The position numbers were made by a program, and so were the translations under genes. The notes beneath the pieces are model-generated. The model was not told where the DNA came from and made no database searches. It saw nothing but the letters and a program-made list of their open reading frames with translations. Source: Candidatus Hydrothermarchaeota archaeon (lineage in GTDB: Archaea > CAYFZR01). Taken from it: DNA of 64,000 nucleotides. This document shows, piece after piece, positions 1 through 10,889 of the stretch (the first letter of the stretch is position 1; each line of letters starts with the position of its first letter). The stretch lies in NCBI GenBank assembly GCA_046760505.1, contig JBHIEG010000002.1:43030-107029 (forward strand), read 5' to 3'.

Positions 1-152
1 TGGTTGCAGGTGCAATGGAGGCAGGAGCAAGGGGCGTGGCAATAGGCAGAAACATTTTTCAGCACAGAAATCCAATTGCCATGGTGAGAGCAATAGCAAG
101 AATAGTGCATGAAAAAGCAAGTGTAGAAGAAGTTCTTCCTTTGTTAAGGTGA
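1..152 (+). CDS. aroA': 3' end of class I aldolase-family 2-amino-3,7-dideoxy-D-threo-hept-6-ulosonate (ADH) synthase, partial
   Basis: Frame 3 reads ...[22 protein letters not shown]...* (DhnA/FbaB C-terminal GRNIFQ motif); directly upstream of DHQ synthase II. Confidence 0.85.
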   Translation, partial: VAGAMEAGARGVAIGRNIFQHRNPIAMVRAIARIVHEKASVEEVLPLLR

Positions 153-157
153 AGAGG

Positions 158-1246
158 ATGAAGGAAATATGGGTTGATGTAAGAGACCTCTCGTGGGAGG
201 AAGCAAAGCCCATCGTAACCACTTCCCTAGAAAGCGGCATAAACTGCTTTCTATCAACGCATGAATTGGTTGAAAAAATCGCTGACCTCGGAAAGGCAAG
301 AATAGCAGTATTTGGAGAAAAATTAGATGATTTCAAGGAAACTGATATAATCATAACGGATTCAGAAGAAATTCTAGAAGAACTCAAGGTCTTAGGTAAA
401 GAAACAGGGTATTATGCAGAGATATTTGATAAGAAAAGTGAAAGAAAGGCTGCTAAATTGGGTCCCAAAGTGGATTATTTGCTCGTAAAAAATGAGGATT
501 GGACAATAATTCCTTTAGAAAATTTGATTGCAGAACTACAGAAAGTTGATACAAAGATTGTAGCATGCATAAAAAATGCGGATGAAGCCAGAATAGCATT
601 CAAAACTCTGGAAGTTGGAGTAGATGGTGTTTTAATTAAAACACCGAATTTGAATGAAATAAAAAAACTGGCAGAAACCATTCGTGAATTAACAGCCGAA
701 AAACTTGAGTTAAAAGTAGCGAAGGTAAAAACAGTAAGGCCTGTAGGTATGGGAGACAGGGTTTGCGTGGATACTTGCTCTTTGATGAATATAGGAGAGG
801 GAATGCTAATAGGATCTCAAAGCAATGGACTGTTCTTGGTACACTCAGAGTCAGTCGAAAACCCTTATGTAGAGACCAGACCATTCAGGGTAAACGCAGG
901 TCCTGTGCATGCTTACATAAAGGTCCCTGAAGAAAAAACACGTTATTTGAGCGAGTTAAAAGCAGGGGATGAGGTTCTAATCGTTGATTCTAAGGGAAAT
1001 ACACGTATAGCTGTGGTAGGCAGAGTAAAAATAGAAAGGAGACCTCTAATGCTAATAGAAGCAGAGGTGAACGGTGAAATATTTAGTACACTGGTTCAAA
1101 ATGCAGAGACAATAATGCTCGTAAATGAAAACGGAAATCCGGTTTCTGTTACGGATATAAAAATTGGCGACAGGGTTTTGGTATATCTTGAAGGCTTTGG
1201 AAGGCATTTTGGTATTTCTATCGAAGAGACCTTAGTAGAACGGTGA
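158..1246 (+). CDS. aroB': 3-dehydroquinate synthase II (archaeal oxidative-deamination type)
   Basis: Motifs [31 protein letters not shown]; ATG at 158 preferred over GTG at 149. Confidence 0.95.
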   Translation: MKEIWVDVRDLSWEEAKPIVTTSLESGINCFLSTHELVEKIADLGKARIAVFGEKLDDFKETDIIITDSEEILEELKVLGKETGYYAEIFDKKSERKAAKLGPKVDYLLVKNEDWTIIPLENLIAELQKVDTKIVACIKNADEARIAFKTLEVGVDGVLIKTPNLNEIKKLAETIRELTAEKLELKVAKVKTVRPVGMGDRVCVDTCSLMNIGEGMLIGSQSNGLFLVHSESVENPYVETRPFRVNAGPVHAYIKVPEEKTRYLSELKAGDEVLIVDSKGNTRIAVVGRVKIERRPLMLIEAEVNGEIFSTLVQNAETIMLVNENGNPVSVTDIKIGDRVLVYLEGFGRHFGISIEETLVER

Positions 1247-1983
1247 AAAAATTGGTGAATATCGGAGACGTAACTATAGGAGAATGCCCGGTTATATGTG
1301 CTTCCATTAAAGGAAAAGACCCTGATGAAATTCTAAGAAAAGTTGACATGGCAAACCTCTCGGATATTATAGAAATAAGATTGGACGGTTTTCCAATATC
1401 TGTTTCAGAATCAAAAAGAATGCTAAGATCTATAAAACAAAGGACTGACAAACCAATATTGATTACAAACCGTATGGAAGCCGAAGGAGGTACGTTTGCA
1501 GGTTCAGAACAAGAAAGAATAAACATAATCAAAGAGGTAAGCTTATTTGCAGATGCAATAGATATCGAACTCAGAACAGAGGAGCGCCAGAGAAAAGAAA
1601 TTATAGAGATATGTAAGGAGAGAAGAAAAACTGCAATTATCTCATATCATGATATGCTGACTTCTCATTCAGTTGAGGAGATATCTCTCATATTTCATAG
1701 AATGGCAGAAACTGGAGCGAATATAGCAAAAGTTGCAGTCTTAGCAAATACATTGGAAGACGTTTTGAATCTTTTAATGGCAACTTTACAAACGAAGAGT
1801 ACCCTTTCAATACCTCTTGTATCAATTCCTCTCGGGGAGAAATGGAAATTTGCCCGCCTATGCAGCGTGCTCTTTGGATCGAGCATACTTTATTGCTCGG
1901 TAGATGAATTAAGCAAAACAGCCCCAGGACAGTTAACGGTAGAAGACGCCTTTGAGATACTGAAAAGGCTAGGGTTAAGATGA
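1243..1983 (+). CDS. aroD: 3-dehydroquinate dehydratase type I
   Basis: EIRLD, TNR..EGG, IDIEL, ISYHD, AKVA, TAPGQ motifs. Confidence 0.95.
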   Translation: MKKLVNIGDVTIGECPVICASIKGKDPDEILRKVDMANLSDIIEIRLDGFPISVSESKRMLRSIKQRTDKPILITNRMEAEGGTFAGSEQERINIIKEVSLFADAIDIELRTEERQRKEIIEICKERRKTAIISYHDMLTSHSVEEISLIFHRMAETGANIAKVAVLANTLEDVLNLLMATLQTKSTLSIPLVSIPLGEKWKFARLCSVLFGSSILYCSVDELSKTAPGQLTVEDAFEILKRLGLR

Positions 1984-2825
1984 TTAATGGCTCCACAAAA
2001 ATATTCGGAATAATTGGTTTTTCTCTGGAACATTCTCTCTCACCTCTGATGCATAATTACGTGTTTAACTATATGAAATTAAACTGTGTTTATGTCCCTT
2101 TTCCAGTAAAAAGAGATCTGAAAAAAGCAATTATTGGATTGCACGAACTTGACGTAAAAGGAGTCAACATAACTATCCCTTACAAAGAAGAGGTTATAAA
2201 TTACATTGATGAGTTAGATGAAAAATCAAGGAAGATTGGGTCTGTTAATACAATAAAATTCACCGATAAAAAGATCGGATACAACACAGATGGCATAGGC
2301 GCTATTAAGGCACTAAAAGATGGAAATATAGAGGTAAAGGGAAAAAAAGTTATGTTGCTGGGAGCAGGTGGGGCTGCAAGATCTATAGCCTTTCAGTTGG
2401 TCTTTGAAGGTTGTTCAGATCTTTTAATATTGAACAGGACAAAAGAAAGGGGAGACAAACTGGCTCGAGAAATAATGGAAAAAGCCGACTTTTCGTGTAA
2501 ATCAATGAAATTGGACCAGAAAATTCTCTCTGAATACATTCATGATGTTGATATACTGATAAATTCAACTTCTCTGGGAATGTATCCTAATGTAAATGAA
2601 TCTCCGGTTCCCAAAGAAATTCTACACGATGAACTAGTTGTATTCGATATAGTGTACAATCCATTGAAGACCAAACTCCTCAAAGAAGCAGAGGAAATGG
2701 GAGCAAAAACCATCGATGGTCTGGGTATGTTGGTACATCAGGGAGCCGAGAGTCTTAGGATCTGGCTAGACATAGATCCTCCAATAGATTTAATGAAAAA
2801 GGTCCTTTTATCGCATCTTAAATAG
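1980..2825 (+). CDS. aroE: Shikimate dehydrogenase
   Basis: HSLSP.MH, GVNITIPYK, NTDG.G, GAGGAAR, DIVYNP, GMLVHQG. Confidence 0.96.
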   Translation: MINGSTKIFGIIGFSLEHSLSPLMHNYVFNYMKLNCVYVPFPVKRDLKKAIIGLHELDVKGVNITIPYKEEVINYIDELDEKSRKIGSVNTIKFTDKKIGYNTDGIGAIKALKDGNIEVKGKKVMLLGAGGAARSIAFQLVFEGCSDLLILNRTKERGDKLAREIMEKADFSCKSMKLDQKILSEYIHDVDILINSTSLGMYPNVNESPVPKEILHDELVVFDIVYNPLKTKLLKEAEEMGAKTIDGLGMLVHQGAESLRIWLDIDPPIDLMKKVLLSHLK

Positions 2826-4118
2826 GGAGTTTATAATTTCTTCCGTCCTTCTGAACACCTCATCTCCATAAATAGAGGGGGATACAACCCTCAGAGTTAT
2901 GCTTTTCTTTCCTTCAGGAATCTGCGGACCCTTGTACTCATCTATTATCTCTACAGAGGTTACATTGGGGATGAGAGAGAAGACATACCTTATTATCTCA
3001 TTATCAGCCTTTTCTTCGACCACAAAAGAGAAATCTCTATTTTTCTTTGGAAAATTCTGGATTATCCAGTTATTCGCATCTTCATCGCTGAGTACTTCTA
3101 TGTTTGATGTTTTAAGTGTTATATCGCCTTTTTTTGTTTCTAAAATAACATTTTCCGGATCAACATGTTTTAGTTTTCCATAATGAAAATTTTTTGAATA
3201 AACATGCCTTAGAACAACGTTTTCTCCCAGCTTAGATTTCAACAATTCAAGTTCCTTATATAAAGATCTGATTGCCTTGTCAGATCTCCTCAATGCACCT
3301 TCTACATCTCCTAATTTTCTTGCCGCTTTACTCATTTTTTCAACGAAGTCTTCTTTACGGCCTTCTATTATGATTTTCCTTAGTGACTCGGCATTTTCAA
3401 TAAATTTGGAGTGGATATCGAAGTTTCTTGGATTGTAGATCTGGATCATCGCATACATGTGAGGATCCTGACCAACAATCCTCGCTATCATATCGAGCAT
3501 CATTTGATATACTGGAGAGGCGAAACGTTTCGTGTATTCTACATCCACGTTGAGATCTCCAAGTGTGATTCCCGTAGCTATATAAACGAAATGAGTGAGC
3601 CCCTGAATGATGCTCATGATCCTGTCGTGTTCTTCTGGCGTAGTTATGTGAACTCTGGCGCCTTCTTTTTCCAAAAAACTCTTGACCCTTGGGAGCCAGA
3701 TCTCAGATCTTAGGGGGGTCAATAATACAACCTGTCCTTTTAAATCAGGGGCGCTAGGACCAAACATTGGATGGGCTGGTATCAATTCCACACTTTCTTT
3801 TGCATACTTTAGCATTGCATTTGCCGGACCCTCCTTTATGGAGGCAATATCCATCAACAAAGATCCGTCTTTCATGTGAGGAGCTATTTCTTTAATTACT
3901 TCTTCTGTAACAGAAATAGGAACAGATACAATAACTACATCGGCTTCCTTAACAGCCTCGACATTATCGGTGAAAAATTCTACTCTCATCTTTCTTGCAA
4001 ATGCTTCCCCCACTTTTGCGTTCCTACCTGAGATTCTAACCTCAAAGCCTTTCTCCTTTAGAAGTTTAACCAACCATCTTCCCATTGCCCCATATCCGCC
4101 TACGATGGTTATGATCAA
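2808..4118 (-). CDS. tyrA: Prephenate dehydrogenase with C-terminal Sm-like and FDX-ACB-like domains
   Basis: GGYGAMG Rossmann motif, DIASIK, HPMFGP, HD..M..IQGLTH; ~150-aa C-terminal extension with RDFSFVV and DEYKG.QIPEGKKSITLRV. Confidence 0.92.
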   Translation of the reverse strand: MIITIVGGYGAMGRWLVKLLKEKGFEVRISGRNAKVGEAFARKMRVEFFTDNVEAVKEADVVIVSVPISVTEEVIKEIAPHMKDGSLLMDIASIKEGPANAMLKYAKESVELIPAHPMFGPSAPDLKGQVVLLTPLRSEIWLPRVKSFLEKEGARVHITTPEEHDRIMSIIQGLTHFVYIATGITLGDLNVDVEYTKRFASPVYQMMLDMIARIVGQDPHMYAMIQIYNPRNFDIHSKFIENAESLRKIIIEGRKEDFVEKMSKAARKLGDVEGALRRSDKAIRSLYKELELLKSKLGENVVLRHVYSKNFHYGKLKHVDPENVILETKKGDITLKTSNIEVLSDEDANNWIIQNFPKKNRDFSFVVEEKADNEIIRYVFSLIPNVTSVEIIDEYKGPQIPEGKKSITLRVVSPSIYGDEVFRRTEEIINSLFKMR

Positions 4119-4936
4119 ATGTCTCCCCGCCTGTAAGATCCAAATATCTTCAACATCTCAGTTTTTGGTTTTAATTCTTCCAAGGCTTCTTTTACCTTTT
4201 TGTCTTCTCTATGACCCTCAAGATCAACAAAAAAAATGTATTCGCCCAAAACTCTTTTCGAAGGCCTCGATTCAATCTTTGTTAGATTTATGTTTTTCAA
4301 AGCAAATGGTTCCAATGCTTTGTACAGCGATCCAGGCTTGTTTTCAAGTAGACCGAAGGCTATCGATGTTTTGTCATACCCACTTGGTTCTGAGTCCTCT
4401 TTTCCAATAATCACAAACCTAGTGAAGCTCTGATATGGAGTTGGAATGTTTTCTATCAGTATTTTAAGAGCATATATCTCAGATGCAATGGGTGAGGCAA
4501 TAGCTGCGATATTTTTGTTTTTTTCTTTAGAAACTTTTAGAGCGGCCTCTGAAGTGCTCAAAGTATTTATGAACTGACATCTTGGGAATTTTTCTCGCAA
4601 AAAATCTCTTACTTGAGCTATGGCATGGGGATGAGACAGAATAACCTCTATATCTTCTGTGTTGGCGCCTTCTTTTCCCAAAAGACAGTGGGATATCTCT
4701 ATTATTATTTCTTCTTTGATCAACAAATTGCTCTTTGCCAATAGATCCAGAGTTAGGTTTACCGAACCTTCCAACGAATTTTCTAAGGGTACCAGGCCGT
4801 ATTTCGCAACATCGCTCTCAACTTTCTCAAATATTGATGGAATATCATTTAAGAAAAGCAGATCTTCTTCTCTGATTCCTGCCTCCAAAGCTGCTTGATG
4901 AGCGAAACTTCCTCTTGGACCTAGGACGGCTATTAT
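4115..4936 (-). CDS. pheA: Prephenate dehydratase with ACT domain; start probably non-canonical (ATA at 4936)
   Basis: PLENSLEGSV, SHPHA, TRF, PGSL, NLTKIESRP; conserved N-terminal IAVLGPRGSF lies in frame upstream of the TTG at 4888. Confidence 0.93.
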   Translation of the reverse strand: MIAVLGPRGSFAHQAALEAGIREEDLLFLNDIPSIFEKVESDVAKYGLVPLENSLEGSVNLTLDLLAKSNLLIKEEIIIEISHCLLGKEGANTEDIEVILSHPHAIAQVRDFLREKFPRCQFINTLSTSEAALKVSKEKNKNIAAIASPIASEIYALKILIENIPTPYQSFTRFVIIGKEDSEPSGYDKTSIAFGLLENKPGSLYKALEPFALKNINLTKIESRPSKRVLGEYIFFVDLEGHREDKKVKEALEELKPKTEMLKIFGSYRRGDI

Positions 4937-5021
4937 GATGGATCCCCCTTCAATGATTAGGTTTATGATTTATAAAGTATTTTTATGAATATCTGTTTTT
5001 CATGCCAGAGGGATCGACGAT

Positions 5022-5318
5022 ATGGCTAAGTTCAAGTATCTGAAAAGGGGTGTGAAAAGAAAACACAGGGTCATAGAGGGGTTACTTCCAATACTTGAAG
5101 AGATAGCAAGCATAGATGGAGTAAGCAAAGTTATCCCGGCAGAAATATCTTACTCTCCACTGAGAAAAGCCAGATCTCCCTCAATTAAAATCACGAGAGA
5201 GACAAAATCAGGGTTTAAGTTACTTGCGCATAGCAAGGGTTCTATTCAAGAAGTATTTGTTGTGGTTGAAGGAAAAAAGGAAGATGTGAGAAATAAAATT
5301 GAATCCATGAATTTATAA
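5022..5318 (+). CDS. DUF2103-like small basic protein
   Basis: KH..I.G, V..VIP..I, GFKLLA...GS.QEVFVV pattern. Confidence 0.65.
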   Translation: MAKFKYLKRGVKRKHRVIEGLLPILEEIASIDGVSKVIPAEISYSPLRKARSPSIKITRETKSGFKLLAHSKGSIQEVFVVVEGKKEDVRNKIESMNL

Positions 5319-5336
5319 AATCAGTTGGTTCAACTT

Positions 5337-5807
5337 TTATATTTCTTCAACAAGCTCTTTCCTTGGATAGAAAAATATTACCATCGTTATCATCCAAATT
5401 AGGGTAAATGTCAGTGAAATTTTCAAAGAGGCTTCTCTTGGCAGAGTTTTGGATATGAATCTCGCGAATCCAAAGAAGATGAGAAAAGAAATGGATAGGT
5501 TAAATGGATTAAACAGGTCATCAGACTTTTTCTTTGACATTGATACGCCGTCAATGATCCAGAGCAATCCTATTGCCAGAAGAATCGGAAAGAATACAGA
5601 TTCGCTAAATATCCCTATGAAATATATTAAAGAGCCGATTCCAACAGATACCATCCAGAGATTTTCGATGTACCAGTTGAAGGCAAGAATTGAGCTAAAT
5701 CCTCCAATTAACAGGAGAAATGCAGTAAAAACTTCTCCAAGTTTGGAGAAGTGATAAAAGAATGCCAATCCTGCTATACCCAAGATCAAGGACTCAGGTC
5801 TCTTCAT
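5337..5807 (-). CDS. Hypothetical multi-pass membrane protein
   Basis: 156 aa, about 6 hydrophobic segments, AAGGT SD-like sequence upstream. Confidence 0.7.
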   Translation of the reverse strand: MKRPESLILGIAGLAFFYHFSKLGEVFTAFLLLIGGFSSILAFNWYIENLWMVSVGIGSLIYFIGIFSESVFFPILLAIGLLWIIDGVSMSKKKSDDLFNPFNLSISFLIFFGFARFISKTLPREASLKISLTFTLIWMITMVIFFYPRKELVEEI

Positions 5808-6199
5808 ATTATTACCTTTTTAAAGTTATCTTGCGTGTCTAAGCCTTAATTTTCTTCTTACTTAAATAAATTTTCATTTTCACATCACTATTTGGATTTT
5901 TTCAGAGCAACGATAAGCCTTTATTTTTTAAATAAAAATCTAATACTTCTTAGATATTAAATTCAAACCTGAATATTTATTTGATATAATATTCCAAATG
6001 GTAAAATGATTTTTTAAGTCGCTTCTTTACCCCAAACTTTTTATATGAGAAATAATATATAGAACTCAATGCAAGGATCTAAAGCATTACTTTTACCTGT
6101 AATTCGGCTCTATGTATTGACTAAATCTAACCATCTTCTCACTGAAGGTGTATGACCAGTGTCAGAAGATTTTTGACATGTTAGGAGGTAAAACAGAAT

Positions 6200-7744
6200 A
6201 TGGAAGGCACGATTGCTTACGAACTTGCAAAGAAACAGAAGGAAATAAGCGTATCCGAATTTTTCTCAAAAAACAGAGCAATGCTGGGCTTTGATAACCC
6301 GCAGAAAGCATTGTTTATAAGCGTGAAAGAAGCGGTAGATAACTCTCTTGATGCGTGCGAGGAGGCTAAAATACTTCCAGACATAATTGTTAAAGTAAGT
6401 GAAGTTAAAAATGGGCTCTACAGTGTATGTGTAGAGGACAATGGTCCTGGAATTCTGCCTGAACAGATTCCTCTGATATTCGGCAAGTTACTATACGGTT
6501 CAAGGTTTCATACCCGAAAACAAACGAGGGGGCAACAAGGAATAGGAATTTCAGGCGCTGTCCTGTACTCAAACCTCACGACAGGTCATGGTGCGATCGT
6601 AGAATCTTCTATAGGAAAGGGAAAACCGACCTACAAGTTTGAGGTGTCTGTAGATCTGCACAAGAATCAGCCACGTTTCAAAAAATTAAATGAATCCTTT
6701 AATTCTAGAGCCCATGGAACAAGAATCGAGATACTCGTTAAAGGTGCTTACAGGAGAGGAGAGAGATCAATAGATTCTTATATAGAACAAACCGTCACCG
6801 CTAATCCTTGGCTAACGCTCACTTATATAAATCCGGAGGGAAAGAAGGTAGTGTATCAACGTTCATCTAACCAGCTACCTCCAGAACCCAAGGAAATACC
6901 CATACACCCTCACGGCATAGATGTTGGGGAGTTAATGCTTCTTTTAAGATTAAGCAGTCACAAAAAATTGAGGTCGTTCCTAATAGAAACTTTTAGCAGG
7001 ATAAGTACTACGAGCGTAGAAAAAATAGGTGCAATATCCGGAGTTAATCTAAGTAAAAAACCTTCTAAGATAGATTTAGAGGAGGCGAAAAGATTAGTAA
7101 GTGCTTTCAAAAAAATAAAATTCATACGCCCTCCTACAGATTGTTTGTCCCCCATAGGACCAGATCTTATTGAAAAAGGTATTTTAAGAGTTCATGATGT
7201 AGATTTTGTTGCAAAAAGTATTCGTGAACCCACCGTATATTCTGGGAACCCGTTTTTGATTGAGTGCGGACTCGGCTATGGTGGAGAACTTCCCAGAGAA
7301 AACAGAGTAAAAATATTGAGGTTCGCAAACCGGGTTCCACTACTTTATCAGGAAGGGGCGGATGTAATTACTCACACGATAGAAAAAATTGACTGGCGAA
7401 AATATGGGCTAAATCAGCCAGGTGGAAAGGGCATTCCCCATGGACCTGCCTTAATTATGGTGCATGTTGCAAGCGTTTACGTACCATTTACATCAGAAGC
7501 CAAGGAAGCGATAGGAAATATAACAGAAATAGCAAAGGAGATCAGACTCGGGCTTCAGGAATGCGGTAGACAACTCAGAATTTATCTGAGCAAGAAGAGA
7601 AGAGAGGAAAAACTTAAAGAGAGAGCAGATTGGGTCAGGGAATATGTTCCTTTAATACTCCAAAAAGCCGCTGAAATTACAGGGGAAGAGGCACCAGATC
7701 CAACTCCGATTATTCATAGAATTTTGGGGAGACCACTCGAATGA
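6200..7744 (+). CDS. top6B: DNA topoisomerase VI subunit B
   Basis: [36 protein letters not shown]; SD GGAGGT. Confidence 0.97.
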   Translation: MEGTIAYELAKKQKEISVSEFFSKNRAMLGFDNPQKALFISVKEAVDNSLDACEEAKILPDIIVKVSEVKNGLYSVCVEDNGPGILPEQIPLIFGKLLYGSRFHTRKQTRGQQGIGISGAVLYSNLTTGHGAIVESSIGKGKPTYKFEVSVDLHKNQPRFKKLNESFNSRAHGTRIEILVKGAYRRGERSIDSYIEQTVTANPWLTLTYINPEGKKVVYQRSSNQLPPEPKEIPIHPHGIDVGELMLLLRLSSHKKLRSFLIETFSRISTTSVEKIGAISGVNLSKKPSKIDLEEAKRLVSAFKKIKFIRPPTDCLSPIGPDLIEKGILRVHDVDFVAKSIREPTVYSGNPFLIECGLGYGGELPRENRVKILRFANRVPLLYQEGADVITHTIEKIDWRKYGLNQPGGKGIPHGPALIMVHVASVYVPFTSEAKEAIGNITEIAKEIRLGLQECGRQLRIYLSKKRREEKLKERADWVREYVPLILQKAAEITGEEAPDPTPIIHRILGRPLE

Positions 7745-8820
7745 AAGAAGAAGAAGTAATAACTAGACTCTTAAGCTTGCCGAAAAAATTAATCGACCAA
7801 GGAAGGGAAGTAAAGATACCCCATCTCAGACTGCCATCCAGAACGAAAGGAAATATTATATTCGACGAAAAATTTAGGGTCTGGGTTTATGGAAATAAAC
7901 TTACTACAAGAAGTGCAAAGAAAAAAGACGAAGCAATAGGGATACTCAAAACATTGTACGTCATAGACTTCTTTAAAAATCAAATAGAAACAGGAAAATC
8001 ATCTACTCTAAGAGAATTGTATTATATATCTGAGAACTGGGGAAAACTGATAAGGTTCAACGAACAACAAGAAAGCGACAAGCTTATAGAAGATATCGAA
8101 ATAATGCTTCATCTCCAAAGAGAAGATTTTAAAATGTATCCTGAAGAAGACGGGGCCAGCGTCCTTGGAAATCTTAGAATCAGGGAGCCTACTAATCGAG
8201 GTATCAGAGAAATCCACTGTATAGATGATGTAGGTGAGACTGGATACGCGATACCCACAAACGTGGATAAACTAGAGTTCTTAGATTATGATGCTGATTT
8301 TGTCATAGCGGTAGAAACCGGAGGCATGTTTATGAGGCTAAGAGAGGAAAAATTCGATGAGAAATTTCGATCAATCCTAGTTCATTTAAAAGGCCAACCT
8401 GCTAGAGCCACAAGAAGATTTTTGAGGAGACTTAACACAGAACTGGGATTGCCTGTAGTGGTATTCACAGATTGCGATCCTTGGTCATTCAGAATTTATG
8501 CCTCCCTGGCATATGGTGCCATAAAGACCGCTCACTTGAGCGAATATCTCGCTACTCCAAACGCGGTGTTTTTGGGAGTAAAGCCCAGCGATATAGTTGA
8601 GTACGATCTTCCAACGGATAAGCTCAAAGAACAGGATATAAACGCTCTGGAATCGGAATTAGAAGATCCTAGATTTCAAACTGAGTTCTGGGAAAGAGAA
8701 ATTAAACTTCAGTTAGAGTTAGGGAAGAAATCTGAGCAGCAGGCACTAGCGAAATACGGTCTTAGCTACGTCGTTGAAGAATATTTGCCAAATGAACTTT
8801 CGAAGATCGGAATAATTTAA
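7741..8820 (+). CDS. top6A: DNA topoisomerase VI subunit A
   Basis: TLRELYY catalytic Tyr region, AVET, KGQP.RATR, TD.DP. Confidence 0.97.
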   Translation: MKEEEVITRLLSLPKKLIDQGREVKIPHLRLPSRTKGNIIFDEKFRVWVYGNKLTTRSAKKKDEAIGILKTLYVIDFFKNQIETGKSSTLRELYYISENWGKLIRFNEQQESDKLIEDIEIMLHLQREDFKMYPEEDGASVLGNLRIREPTNRGIREIHCIDDVGETGYAIPTNVDKLEFLDYDADFVIAVETGGMFMRLREEKFDEKFRSILVHLKGQPARATRRFLRRLNTELGLPVVVFTDCDPWSFRIYASLAYGAIKTAHLSEYLATPNAVFLGVKPSDIVEYDLPTDKLKEQDINALESELEDPRFQTEFWEREIKLQLELGKKSEQQALAKYGLSYVVEEYLPNELSKIGII

Positions 8821-8861
8821 ATGTTATTTTTTCATGTAACATTCCTTCAAGGGTTGATTGG

Positions 8862-10514
8862 ATGCCGGTCATATCCTTCAGGTACGATGAACTGATAGAG
8901 GCTCTGGGAAAAGATTTTCCCCTAACTTACCTTATTGAAAAGATTCCCATGTTAGGTAGCGACATAGAGGACTACGACGAAAACAAAATAGACATAGAAC
9001 TTTTTCCAAACAGACCAGATCTCTATAGTTTAGAAGGATTGGTTCTTGCACTAAAAGGTTTTTTTGAGATTGAAACTGGTTTGCCTGTATTTAATACAAA
9101 AATGAGTAATATAGAAGTAGAAGTTGATCCGAGTGTAAATGAAGTGCGCCCCTACATCGTTTGCGGCATTGTAAAGGGACTTAATCTCACGGACAGAGAG
9201 ATAGAAAGACTCATAGAGTTTCAGGAAGATTTACACTGGGCTATCGGAAGAGATAGGAGTAAAGCATCCATTGGAATTCACGATCTGGATAAGGTAAAGC
9301 CTCCATTTAAATACCATGCGATAAATCCTGAAGAAATAAGTTTTGTCCCATTAGATATGGAAGAGGAAATGAACCTTGAGGAGATACTTAGATATCATCC
9401 GAAAGGAATTGAATACAGGCATATAGTCATGTCTCATTCGAGATACCCCATAATCACAGATATAAATCATGATGTACTGTCTTTCCCACCCATTATAAAC
9501 GGTGAATTAACTAGAGTGACAGAGGAAACAAAAAATATATTTATAGATATCACAGGCACGGATTTCAGGGCAATAGAGAATGCATTAAAAATTTTGATAA
9601 CTTCTTTCCACGAGAAAGGAGAAATCTACAGTCTAAAAATAATCTATCCTGAGAAAGAGATTATTACTCCGGATCTTAGTCCTACAGAAATGACCTTATC
9701 TAAAGATTTTGTTAAAGATCTGTTAGGCAAAGAATTTGAAATGGATGAGATCAAGCATGCCCTAGAAAAGATGAGGTATGGCTGTACTATCGAGAAAGAT
9801 ATGGTAAAGGTTAAGATACCTTGTTATCGTGTGGACATACTTCATCCAGTGGATATCGTTGAAGACGTTGCTATTGGCTATGGATACGAGAAGTTCTCCG
9901 AGAAACTACCTGAAACAATGACATTCGGGGAAAAACATCCGGTGGAAGAAATATCAGAGGATGTTAGAGAACTCATGATATCTCTAGGCTTTCAGGAGGT
10001 AATGACCCTATCCCTAACAAACGAGGCAGATCACTATGAGAAGATGAATCTTAAAAAATGTGAATCGGTAGAGATAGAAAACCCTGTTACAGAAGAACAT
10101 ACAATAGTGAGGACTTCTCTCTTGCCTAATCTAATGGAGCAACTGAAGTTGAATAAAAGATTTGATCTTCCTCAGAGGATATTTGAGATTGGTGATGTCG
10201 TATTGTTAGGTGAAACGGAAACTGGGGGAGTTAATGTAAGAAAGGTGTGCGGAGTAACGATTCATCCAAAATCAAACTTCTCTGAAATAAAGTCTGTTGT
10301 GATAACCTTGCTGGATAATCTTGGAGTAGATTATCGTATTGAACCTCGTGTTCATGGTTCCTTCATAAATGGAAGATGTGCAAAGATTATATCGAATGAA
10401 AGAGAAATAGGTGTATTCGGTGAAATACATCCAAAAGTTATCGTAAACTATGGGCTTGCACATCCTGTGGTGGGATTTGAGATTTCAATTGAAGATCTGA
10501 GGGAAATAATATGA
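8862..10514 (+). CDS. pheT: Phenylalanyl-tRNA synthetase beta subunit (archaeal type)
   Basis: PNRPDL, SFPPIING, R.DILHP.D..EDVAI.YG, GEIHP. Confidence 0.96.
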   Translation: MPVISFRYDELIEALGKDFPLTYLIEKIPMLGSDIEDYDENKIDIELFPNRPDLYSLEGLVLALKGFFEIETGLPVFNTKMSNIEVEVDPSVNEVRPYIVCGIVKGLNLTDREIERLIEFQEDLHWAIGRDRSKASIGIHDLDKVKPPFKYHAINPEEISFVPLDMEEEMNLEEILRYHPKGIEYRHIVMSHSRYPIITDINHDVLSFPPIINGELTRVTEETKNIFIDITGTDFRAIENALKILITSFHEKGEIYSLKIIYPEKEIITPDLSPTEMTLSKDFVKDLLGKEFEMDEIKHALEKMRYGCTIEKDMVKVKIPCYRVDILHPVDIVEDVAIGYGYEKFSEKLPETMTFGEKHPVEEISEDVRELMISLGFQEVMTLSLTNEADHYEKMNLKKCESVEIENPVTEEHTIVRTSLLPNLMEQLKLNKRFDLPQRIFEIGDVVLLGETETGGVNVRKVCGVTIHPKSNFSEIKSVVITLLDNLGVDYRIEPRVHGSFINGRCAKIISNEREIGVFGEIHPKVIVNYGLAHPVVGFEISIEDLREII

Positions 10515-10792
10515 AAACGCCAACGAAGATTAGTGTTTCGGTAGAAGAATCTGAGGTAATTCCTGTAAAGGCAGGGGGAAAGCATACTGGAGAAGAATTG
10601 ATAGTGATTAGATCAATAACCAGAGTTGGAGATATTGAGGCAACAGTAAAGAGACCGATTGCCATAAAGGACAAGGAAAACAGGATCATACCTTTGGACG
10701 TAAAACTAGAAGCATTGGAATTGATACTACATGATATGAGGGAGAGATGCCTCCAGATTTTAGAGGAAAGAAGGGCCTCCAAGAAATCATGA
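10511..10792 (+). CDS. Hypothetical protein
   Basis: 93 aa, overlaps pheT stop, host-like composition. Confidence 0.6.
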   Translation: MKTPTKISVSVEESEVIPVKAGGKHTGEELIVIRSITRVGDIEATVKRPIAIKDKENRIIPLDVKLEALELILHDMRERCLQILEERRASKKS

Positions 10793-10811
10793 GTTTATAT
10801 AATTCCATTAT

Positions 10812-10834
10812 CAAAAAATTTATATCATTGATAT
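10812..10834 (+). promoter_or_regulatory. BRE/TATA (CAAAAAA-TTTATA) overlapped by palindrome ATATCA-T-TGATAT, upstream of ABC transporter
   Basis: Perfect inverted repeat 10822-10834 overlapping the TATA box. Confidence 0.5.
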
Positions 10835-10889
10835 TGTTTGTAAATGATTGATCAAATGATGGAAAAGATGTCAGGGAGGTGAATGGTAG

